Below are positions 53,410 to 64,000 of a DNA stretch of 64,000 nucleotides, one piece after another. This stretch comes from Paraspadella gotoi. Taxonomy: Eukaryota; Animalia; Chaetognatha. The notes beneath the pieces were generated by a model. It was not told the origin of the DNA. It did not search any database and worked only from the letters and a program-made list of their open reading frames with translations. Position 1 is the stretch's first letter. Each line of letters opens with the position of its first letter. The stretch covers positions 3,767,046-3,831,045 of the forward strand of contig CM119265.1 in assembly GCA_051294375.1 (NCBI GenBank), given 5' to 3'. The translations under genes were made by a program, and so were the position numbers.

Positions 53410-55719
53410 CGGCGGTTGTCTTTTGTTTTTTTCTCGAAACCTTTCCCTTCATATCTTCTTTTGTTTTTCCTCAGTTTCTCAATTAGTTTTCCCTTTTGTT
53501 TCGCAACAGAAAGATGGCGTCTTCGTCGTTCGGCTCTTTTTTTCTTTCTTCCTTTTTTAAAAATTTTATTTAAGTTTTCTATTTTTTGTCGAAGATATAT
53601 TTGTTTTATGTTGTTCTTTTGTCTGCGTCATTATATTTTCTTAATGAGTGTCCCAATGTCATATTTTGATTGGTTAGGGTCATCGTCGTCTTCGTTGTTG
53701 TTTTCTTCATCGTCATCGTCGCCATCGTCGCTATCTCCGTCGTCATCCTCTTCTTCGTCTTCATCGTCCACCGAGCGCCATCTCTGACGGCGTGGTCGTC
53801 TTCCAGGATCGACGTTTTCGCCACGGGTCATAAACCGGCGTCGTCTTCGAAGTCGGCGTCTTTCTCTCTTCCAAGAAACCGGCGTTCCCTCTTAACGATT
53901 CCAAGACTCGTGGATAGCGGCGTCGTTTCGCTGTCTTGGTTCCATAGACTCCGTTTTTCCGGCGCGGCGTTGGATGGCGTTGCACAGCGCAGCATCGGAT
54001 GACGCGGCATTGGACAGCTTGGCGTTGCACGTCGGGGCATCAGATGCTGCGGCGATTGACAACGTTGTATGAGAAATTCTGGACACTTGTAATATCGAAG
54101 TCGGTTTGCGATTAGATCTCTGCCAGTACTGCGATCCTTTTACTTTTCCTCTAAGTAAATGGAAAAATGATCCTTTTTTCTGTNNNNNNNNNNNNNNNNN
54201 NNNNNNNNNNNNNNNNNNNNNNNNNNNNNNNNNNNNNNNNNNNNNNNNNNNNNNNNNNNNNNNNNNNNNNNNNNNNNNNNNNNNNNNNNNNNNNNNNNNN
54301 NNNNNNNNNNNNNNNNNNNNNNNNNNNNNNNNNNNNNNNNNNNNNNNNNNNNNNNNNNNNNNNNNNNNNNNNNNNNNNNNNNNNNNNNNNNNNNNNNNNN
54401 NNNNNNNNNNNNNNNNNNNNNNNNNNNNNNNNNNNNNNNNNNCGTCGTCGTCATCGTCGTCGTCGTCGGCATCGTCCTCATGGGAATCGAATGAGCGGTG
54501 AGTCCAGTCAGGGATAAAAACAAAATGTCCGTCGGGCGAAAACCATTTTTACTTTCCACTTTTTTTTTCTTTCTCTCTTGACTAATTCTTTCTTTTTTTT
54601 CTTTTTCTTTTTTCTTTCTTTTATATCGATTGAAAGAATAGAAAAAGGGAAGGAAACAAAAGTTGGAGAAAGAAAAAGAAAAAGACGAGAGAAAATTCTT
54701 AATATCCTATTTAATCTCTTTTNNNNNNNNNNNNNNNNNNNNNNNNNNNNNNNNNNNNNNNNNNNNNNNNNNNNNNNNNNNNNNNNNNNNNNNNNNNNNN
54801 NNNNNNNNNNNNNNNNNNNNNNNNNNNNNNNNNNNNNNNNNNNNNNNNNNNNNNNNNNNNNNNNNNNNNNNNNNNNNNNNNNNNNNNNNNNNNNNNNNNN
54901 NNNNNNNNNNNNNNNNNNNNNNNNNNNNNNNNNNNNNNNNNNNNNNNNNNNNNNNNNNNNNNNNNNNNNNNNNNNNNNATGGAAACTAAGAAAAAAACCT
55001 GTTCGTCTTTTGTTCTTTTGTTTCTTCTCTCGATTAGCGATCGTTTAACGAGCGATTATCGCGCTGAAAAGCGCGAGATGGCGCTGTCTCCCAACGTCTC
55101 TGGCGCCCGACGGTCTTCGGAGGCCGACAATTTCGAGGCGCCCGAGAGAACAAGGGGAGAGAGACCGACTTTCGTTGGTGAAAGAAGCCGACAAAAGATC
55201 TCGTCGACGGTGAGCCTTCCATCGGGTTTGACCAAAAGTGACCCTTTTAAAATTGTAATTAGCTCTAATAAATCTATAGAATATCAAGTTAAAAGATAGA
55301 AGATTTAATATAAGATTTAATAATTGAAGATAAAAAACAGAAGATCCCAGAAAATATAGAAGATCAAGTAGAATATTGAAGTTAAAGGATCTAATGAAAG
55401 ATCCCACATTCCCCGCAGAGTTCGAAACGACTTTCTGTTCGATCCATCAGACGCAAAAATTTAATTTGCATATTGCGTTGTTCGTCAAAATAACTTTGAG
55501 ACAACGAATCGTTTTGCTAAAAACGAATATTATCGATGAGATCTGAGATGAAAATGGCGAGGTGCGTCTCAGATGTGGATGAGCCAGATTCAATTTCTGG
55601 CGCTTGAAGACGGCTTCGTCGGCAGAGTCGTTCGGAGTCGTGGTGGAGACATTAGGATTAGACTTCATTTATACCTCATAAGGAACTCTAACTTTCGGAT
55701 TATTTTTAATAATAACATG

Positions 55720-55780
<61 letters not shown>

Positions 55781-58059
55781 TTGGAAGCAATCCTTAATTT
55801 ATGAGATTCTTGAAATTCCACTTTTGTCGAAATTTTTCTGAACTGAATGAGTAAAGATATCTATCTTCAAAAACATGGTTAAATCTATTTCTATTTATTC
55901 TATTTTTATTTTTGTTATTATCCTAATTTATTAACTGATTAACCTTTACACTCTCTTACCTCCCTCTTCTGTTATTTCTTAAATCTCATTGGCATAAAGC
56001 GGTGTTTCACATCGAGACACTGTTCTCCGATCTCAATAGTTTTTCCATAAAGAATAAATAAAGATTTTTAAACAAGAACAGCGAATAAATTCGACCGAAA
56101 ATTTGGAGTCAATGTTTCAGGTGACGTCGTCGTCGTTGTCGTCGTCGTCGAAGATTTGAGGGAAGAAACATTATTATGTCGTGTCGTTTTATAAAAAAAG
56201 TTCGTTAAAGAAAGTAATTAAAAAAAAAAATTGGGAGTCATGAAACTCCGACATACTGAGTTTCGGTAGTATACCATTGCAGGAGATCGAGAAACTAAAA
56301 AGATGGAATCCAGTGGAATCGGATCAAAGACTCGGGGGAAAAAAATCACCGAAATGGAAGAGAAAAATAAAATTAAAAAAATTTATAAAAACACTAATTC
56401 ACTTTATTGAAAAGAGAGCCAAGCACTGGTCTTGTGAGAGAGTCTTGATTGAAAGCTTAAAGCTTGAAGCCAAAAGTCAGGAAAAGGATACTTACCTAAT
56501 TATCTGTTAAAGGAAAGGTAAGGTCCCTTTCCTGTTGTCCTCATTTTTGGTTATCATGACGTCATCGTCTACCTCGTCGTCGTCGTCGTCTTCATCGTCG
56601 TCGTCGTCGTCGTCGTCGTCGTCTGTTCCGTCTCTGGCCTCGATCAGCCTTGGGACGAACCCTGGAGTCGCCAAAGGAGGACGTTGTCAAGNNNNNNNNN
56701 NNNNNNNNNNNNNNNNNNNNNNNNNNNNNNNNNNNNNNNNNNNNNNNNNNNNNNNNNNNNNNNNNNNNNNNNNNNNNNNNNNNNNNNNNNNNNNNNNNNN
56801 NNNNNNNNNNNNNNNNNNNNNNNNNNNNNNNNNNNNNNNNNNNNNNNNNNNNNNNNNNNNNNNNNNNNNNNNNNNNNNNNNNNNNNNNNNNNNNNNNNNN
56901 NNNNNNNNNNNNNNNNNNNNNNNNNNNNNNNNNNNNNNNNNNNNNNNNNNNNNNNNNNNNNNNNNNNNNNNNNNNNNNNNNNNNNNNNNNNNNNNNNNNN
57001 NNNNNNNNNNNNNNNNNNNNNNNNNNNGAGAGAGAGAGAGAAGAGAGACAGACAAAAAAGTAGTTTGTCCGGAGGTGAGGATGATGATGATGTGATGAAT
57101 TGTCACCCCAAGGTAGAAAGACTCTCTCTCTTCTCCTCTTCTCTCTCTCTTCTCTCTCTCTCTCTCTCTGACTCGTGCATGACATCAGTGAGAAATATTC
57201 ATTGACGACTATAATTCCTTCCTCAGAGGGTCGGCGCAATGACAAACTCAAGGACAGACTGACAAAGGAATTGACAAAAAGGTAAACAAACATACCGACA
57301 CACAGTCAACTGACCCGACAAGAAAACAGACCGAAAACCTGAGAAACCGACAGAGAAACGGGTTTACCGACATGTCCACCTGCAGGTCAAGAAAGTCGGC
57401 CAGATTAGTCGGTTTCATCACATTGAAAAAGGAAGAAAAATCTTGTTCTTATAATTTTATTGTAGATTTTATTGATTTGATGGCGAAATGTTTAATTAGG
57501 CCTCTTTATTTAATTAGTCATCTTTATTTTTTGAGTGGTTTTCTTTTTTAAATTTTTGTGTCATAATAAGTCATGTTGGATTACATTATGTCGGTAACGC
57601 CACTTTCAGTCTTATCAGCCAATTAAATGTTACATAGTGTATTTAACTGCCTGTCTGTACGATTGTGCTAATAAAAAAATTATCAAATGATAATCTGTGT
57701 TGGGGTACAGAACCTATGAGATTATAACATCAAGACAATTATTTCTATCGTTTGAATTAAAGAACAAAGCGATCGTGATAGTTTAGTTTGTTTGTAAACA
57801 AACAATAGCCGGCGGCAAAATTCTTTAAAAAAGGAGGACAACATTAATTGTGGGGACTTTTGTTAAGTGGGTTACAGTGAGAACGGTTTTTTTCAACCCT
57901 CCTTTTCCGGAAGACCGACGACTTATGAGCCGAAACGCAAATTTTCTCAAGGAGATTTCGTGAAATACAGTCTTTCACGAATCACGATGGCTAAACTTAG
58001 AGCGAAAAAAAAGGTAATTTGAGAAAAGTGGGAACAAAGGTCATTTCCTGTTGGCTTCA

Positions 58060-58170
<111 letters not shown>

Positions 58171-59720
58171 TCTTTTCCTTCCTTTTCTTTTTCTTTTCTT
58201 TCTTTTTTTTTCTTTATTTATTGATTTTTTTTTTCTTAATCTTTTTCTATCTTTCATTCCTTCTCGTTCGTCGAACTCGAAAATTTAGAAATTTTTATCA
58301 TGTGGTGATTTATTGGAATTTTTTTTGTGTTAATTCAGTGATGATTTTTAAAATGATGATGATTTCTAAAATCACGTGAAATCTTGTCGTTTTTAATTTT
58401 AAAAAGTAACGTAGATATAATATTTATTATGATTGTCACTCTGCTAATACAAATTCTCAAAATAATCACGTTTTTGCCCGAATACCCTACATTTTACCGA
58501 TAACATATTATAAAAATGATGTCATATTAATAAAATATTAATATTAATATTAATATTAAATATTATGATTATTAAAATATTAATATTAATATTAATATTA
58601 ATATTATAATATAATTATATTATAATTATTAAAATATTAATATTAATATTAAATATTATGATTATGTCATTTTCCTCTCATTAAGTCTTTCGTCGTCGAA
58701 TGCTCCGTTGTTTGTCTCTCTTCGGTCGTTGGCGTCGAGTATTTCACCAATGACGTCGCCAAGAACCATCTGCCGTCGGAGTTGAGAAACTCCTTCATTA
58801 ACGTCGCTCGTTTCTCTTCTTCCGTGACTTAAATCGCTAGATTTGAATCGTGTGACTCTGATCACGTGAAAGTGATAAGGGAAGTTGAATCACGAAAATA
58901 AATTCACTGGATTCGAAATGTGATCAATAGTCAGACGAGTCTCTGTCTCACATACTCTAAGCATCCAAATCGTTCGTCGTCACGTGACTTCGATCAGATC
59001 TCGATCTTTAATGATCACGTGTTTCTTTATAAGTCACGTGATACAAACAGGAGAGTCTTTCTCGTTGCCTCCAGAAGATTCGCTCATTAGAATGAGACGA
59101 CGATAAAGACGATAATAAAGACGATGTATTTAAACAATAAATGAAAAAGTTTTTCTAATCGCAATTAAACAAAGACACAGAGTAGGCGAACAGAATAATA
59201 ATGAACAATAAGACAGGGACAAAAGATAAAGAATCATGCACAAATGAAGGTAAATAAATATATGGAGGCAATAAACTTAAAGCTGGAAGATTTCATAAAA
59301 TAATTAAGAGATTGTGACACACTTTCGTTTTTTTCACGGTTAATTTTGAATTTAAAAAACGATTTAACCGTGAATGAGTTTTCACTTTACTTCGCGAGGT
59401 TTCGTTTGTATTTTTGAGCTCTCTCATTACCGCTTTTATGCTCGTTACCGGGCCCAATTCTCACCACTCCACCACACCTCTCCACATCACAATACTTCTC
59501 TCACTCCATAGTCCATACTCCTCAGTCCACACTTCACACTTCAAAGCTCACTGCACACGATTAAAACTCCGCTTTCACCGATCACAGACGCCAAGTTCGA
59601 GTTTGCGAACTGTGACTTACATTTTTCACAAAAAAACAACAGTTGACGACAACGACGACGATGATGACGACAAAGAAGACGTCGGAGACAAACTGCACCC
59701 AATCCTTTCGAATCAGGTCG

Positions 59721-59785
<65 letters not shown>

Positions 59786-60031
59786 TCTTCGGAAGGAAGA
59801 AATGAAAAATTGGGAACGAAATTTGATAGAAATATTGTTAGTGAAATCGTTGAGAGGAAAGAAGAGAGAGAGAGAGGGAGAGAGAGAGAGTCAGAAGTTA
59901 TAAATAAAAAATTGAAAACCTTTCTGCTGTCTTTATATAGTTAAACATTATAATAATTAATAATTAATAATAAGAATAAAGGAAATTTAAATATCATGAA
60001 ATCCGCGAGAGAGATTGTGAATGTCATCGTT

Positions 60032-60069
<38 letters not shown>

Positions 60070-60099
60070 NNNNNNNNNNNNNNNNNNNNNNNNNTCTCT

Positions 60100-60141
<42 letters not shown>

Positions 60142-60218
60142 CTCCCATCTCTCTTCTTCCCTCTCATCTGTCTCTCCAACATCTCCTCTCCTCTCTCTCT
60201 ATCTAGCATTCTTACCGC

Positions 60219-61095
60219 TCGGGGTCACGACGAAATTCCGTTTCCTTTTCTTGTTTTTTTTTTTCTGTTTGTGAATCTCATCCACAGTTTTTTTTTGAAA
60301 GAATTTTGTTCTTTCAACAAATAAATTTCACGTGTGAATTATAAGCAATGTCGTAATGTAAATAGTACGAAATCTAACGATCTGAACAAAACATGTAGGA
60401 ACGTGGTGCGAACATTAATTGTATCTATGGGAATTTGTTTTTGTAAAATAAGTCAATGATATCAAATTTCTGGTGAGAATATTCATCTCTCATCTCCTCA
60501 CTCTCTCTCTCTCTCTCCTCTCTCTTCCTCTCTCTCCCTCTCGTCTCTCTCAAGCCTCTCTCTTTCCTTGTAATCTCCTGTGATGTAGAGCAAGTGACCG
60601 GCGGGCCCGACTACCGAAGGAACACAAATCCTTCTTTTTTCTTCTCACATTTTTTTCAACCCCACCCCTCACCGACTCGGGGTCACGACGAAATTCGGTT
60701 TCCCTTTTTTTTCTTGTTTGTGAATCTCATCCACAGTTTTTTTGAAAGAATCTTTTGTTTTCTTTCACAAATAAATTTCACGTGTGAATTATAAAGCAAT
60801 GTCGTAATGTAAATGTAGAAATCTATACGATCTGAACAACATGTAAACGGCTTGCGAACATTTAATGTATCAATGGGAATTTGTTTTTGTAAAAAAAGTC
60901 AATGATATCAATTTCTGGTGAGAATATTCATTCTCTCTCCTCCTCTCTCTCTCTCTCTCTTCTCTCTCTCCTCTCTCTCTCTCTCTCTTTCTCTCTCTCA
61001 TCCTCTCTCTTTCCTTGTAATCTCCTGTGATGTAGAGCAATGAGCCGGCGGCCCGACACAGAAGGAACAAAATCCTTTTCTTTTTTCTTCTCACA
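60219..61095. repeat. About 460-bp direct tandem duplication
   Basis: CTCGGGGTCACGACGAAATTC ... TAATCTCCTGTGATGTAGAGCAA ... CAAATCCTT occurs twice. Confidence 0.9.
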
Positions 61096-62303
61096 ATTTT
61101 TTTCCCTTTTTTTTTATTTTTCCTTTCTTTTCTTTCCTTTTTTTATTTTTCCTTTCTTTTCTTTCTTTTTTTCTCTTTTCCTTTCTTTTCTTACCGCAAA
61201 ATGTAAAAAAAAAATCTTGATTCTTTTACATCTGTTGTCGTTTCACCGCAAATTTCTTCGTTCGACTTTGTTCTTTTTTATTGTTCTTTCTTGTTCTTTA
61301 TCGTTTCCACTTTGTTTCGTTCACATTTCCAGTTTCCACCCATAATTATTGCCCTCCTCTCTCTTTTCACCCCATACTTTCGGGCAGAGTGCAATCGCCC
61401 AACATTTACTGTATTTCAAATATTTCTTTTCCTTTTTACTTTGAATTCCGTTGTTCTTAAAAGAAATGTAAAAAACTCAAAACTCTCTCTCCTCTCCTCT
61501 CCTCTCCCGTCTCTTCGTGTCTCTCTCTCCGTCGCGTCCACTTCTCTTCTTCTTCATCTCTTTCCCTCTCTCCTCGTCTCTCTCATCTCTCATCCTCTCT
61601 CGTCTCTCATCTCCCTCATCTCTCTCCTCATTCTCCCACTCACCCTTCCCCCCCCAAAAGCACTCTCTCTCTCTTCCCCTACAATCGACCTCATGCGGTT
61701 GAGATGTCGACTCGAACAAAAGACTAACGTCTTTCCCCATCGGCATTTTTATTTCGCGTCTATTGTCGCCCCATGGGGAGATGCAACGATGCGTAGGGTG
61801 AAAGTTTGGGTGTCGTCGTCGTCGTTGTCGTCGTCGTCGTCGTCGTCGTCGTCGTTGTGAACCGGTCCGTCGCAGGGAAAAACGTGAAAAAGTGACAAGT
61901 CGACCCCGACTCATGGAAAGTTCACGAGTCTCGGGGTTTTTTTTCGATTCCGCGACATCACGAGGAATCAAAGGGAGACTTATGAAAAGTGAATGTGATT
62001 CGTGAGATTAAACAGTAATTTAAAAAAAAAAAGTTATAAAAGATGTTAATGAAAAAATATCATTATGTTCATTATCATAATGAACATAATGATTATGGTA
62101 ATTTTTTTAAAAACGTAAAAAAATTTAAAGAAAGATGTACTAAGAAAGAAGGTTTTAAATAGAAATATTAAATATTAAATAGAAAGAAGGTATTAAATGA
62201 AGAGAGGCAGAACTATGGAAATAAACAAACATACATTAAAAAACGCAAGAAAAAGAAATAAAAACATAAAAAAGAAAAAAAGAAATAAATAAATAAAAAA
62301 GAT

Positions 62304-62394
<91 letters not shown>

Positions 62395-62698
62395 AGAAAA
62401 GAAATAAAATCAAAATCAAGCAAGTAAGAGTAAAAAAGATTGAATCAGCAAAAGCGAAATAAATAAATTAAAAAAGTTGCCTTTATTTTCTTCGTTAAAC
62501 TCACTGGGTGCGTTTGGGTTTTTGTGTTTTGGTCTTGGCCCAGAATTGGGTGACCCCGGGATTCGTAGTCGGGTTTGGGCGAAAGGAGGTGAAAGCGAGA
62601 GAGAGAGAGAGAGANNNNNNNNNNNNNNNNNNNNNNNNNNNNNNNNNNNNNNNNNNNNNNNNNNNNNNNNNNNNNNNNNNNNNNNNNNNNNNNNNNNN

Positions 62699-62733
<35 letters not shown>

Positions 62734-64000
62734 CTCTTTCTCACAGGCAACCGATCTTACAACATATCATTCTCTTATTTTTTTTTCTATGTTATTTTCT
62801 TACAAATTGTACATATCTTCTTGGATTTTTATCTTTTTATCTTATCTTTTTATTTTTATACTTATTTTTATAATCTTATACGTCATATTTTTATGTGTAA
62901 TCGATTATTTCCGCGAATTTTTTCACGTCAAACGTTAAATAAATTTCAATTCTTCAACGGTTCAATCCAAGATTTCTATTAGCGTAACCGGAATCACTAA
63001 TTCTTCTTTATAATAAACTTTTGGAACGACGAACCGTAAGGCGAACGAAAAAGAATCACCAGGTCGGAAGACGGATTCGCATAAATTTAAGTAAAAAAGA
63101 TAAAAAGTCTGGAATTTATAATAATATCGTCGGAAAAAACAAAAGATAAACGCAATTTTTAAAAACTTACACTGCAAAAAAACAACAACAAAAAAAAAAA
63201 AAAAACAAAAACAAAAACAAATTTTAAGTCATTCAAATGATTATTGAATTCTTTTTTTTGTGGTCTCGTTGTTGTTGTTGTTGTTTTTATTGTTTTTGGG
63301 TTTTGGGTTTTTGGCGTTGTCATATCTTCGTCCAATTGATCAAGAAAGACGCTATCCACCTAATTTGCATATTGTCGTCGTTGTCATCGTCGTTATCGTC
63401 GTCGTTGTCGTCGACTTTGTATCCATACAACTAATTTGCACGCGGTCTGTGTCCGCGGAAATATTAAAGATGCGCATCTCTCTCTCTCTCTCTNNNNNNN
63501 NNNNNNNNNNNNNNNNNNNNNNNNNNNNNNNNNNNNNNNNNNNNNNNNNNNNNNNNNNNNNNNNNNNNNNNNNNNNNNNNNNNNNNNNNNNNNNNNNNNN
63601 NNNNNNNNNNNNNNNNNNNNNNNNNNNNNNNNNNNNNNNNNNNNNNNNNNNNNNNNNNNNNNNNNNNNNNNNNNNNNNNNNCTTAATTTTGCATTACAAT
63701 GGGTCGTTGAACCCGAAGACAAAGACCGTAAAAAATGTAAATCGTCCGACGTCTAAAAATGTAAAAAAGTAAAAAATTTACCGAAGCTTTAAAAAAATTG
63801 TCACGGGTGGATCACGAAGCGTGTCGACGACTCATTTCTTTTCTTTTCCTTTTTTCTTTTCCTTTTTTTTCTTTTCTTTTTCTCTTCCCTTTCTTCTCTT
63901 TTCTTTTGTTTTTTCCTTCCGAGAGAAAAAGTAGTTCGAGAAAATGTGATCTACATTCGATGGGCGGAAACGAAAGGCGCTGGCGATAAATGGTTCCGCA

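Overview
AT-rich eukaryotic, probably invertebrate, genomic scaffold. It is dense in (AG)n, (AAAG)n and (GTC)n microsatellites, has many N-gaps, shows signs of unpolished long-read indels, and has duplications at gaps that look like assembly artefacts. The main discovery is a tandem minus-strand pair of spliced genes (A about 19.4-22.1 kb, B about 23.2-26.6 kb). Both encode IRE1/RNase L-family kinase + KEN ribonuclease proteins with no visible ER-luminal, transmembrane or ankyrin sensor, and both carry a long C-terminal charged coiled-coil tail. Paralog A keeps the catalytic motifs (HRDxKPxN, RNase L-like DFD, R-N-x3-H). Paralog B has lost the kinase catalytic Asp (HCN) and the RNase His (RNLIVP), which suggests an active/inactive pair. 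Gene A appears to use a non-canonical GA-AG intron. The paralogs share no kinase-domain intron position, and an intron of B holds a CCA-bearing tRNA-Leu 3' fragment. Also present: a phase-consistent multi-exon Cys-rich gene (7.2-9.7 kb, duplicated across a gap), a degenerate BEL/Pao-like Gag zinc-knuckle region, a poly-His exon resembling a transcription factor, and several weak candidate exons. All gene models were built by eye and need confirmation from reads or RNA-seq.
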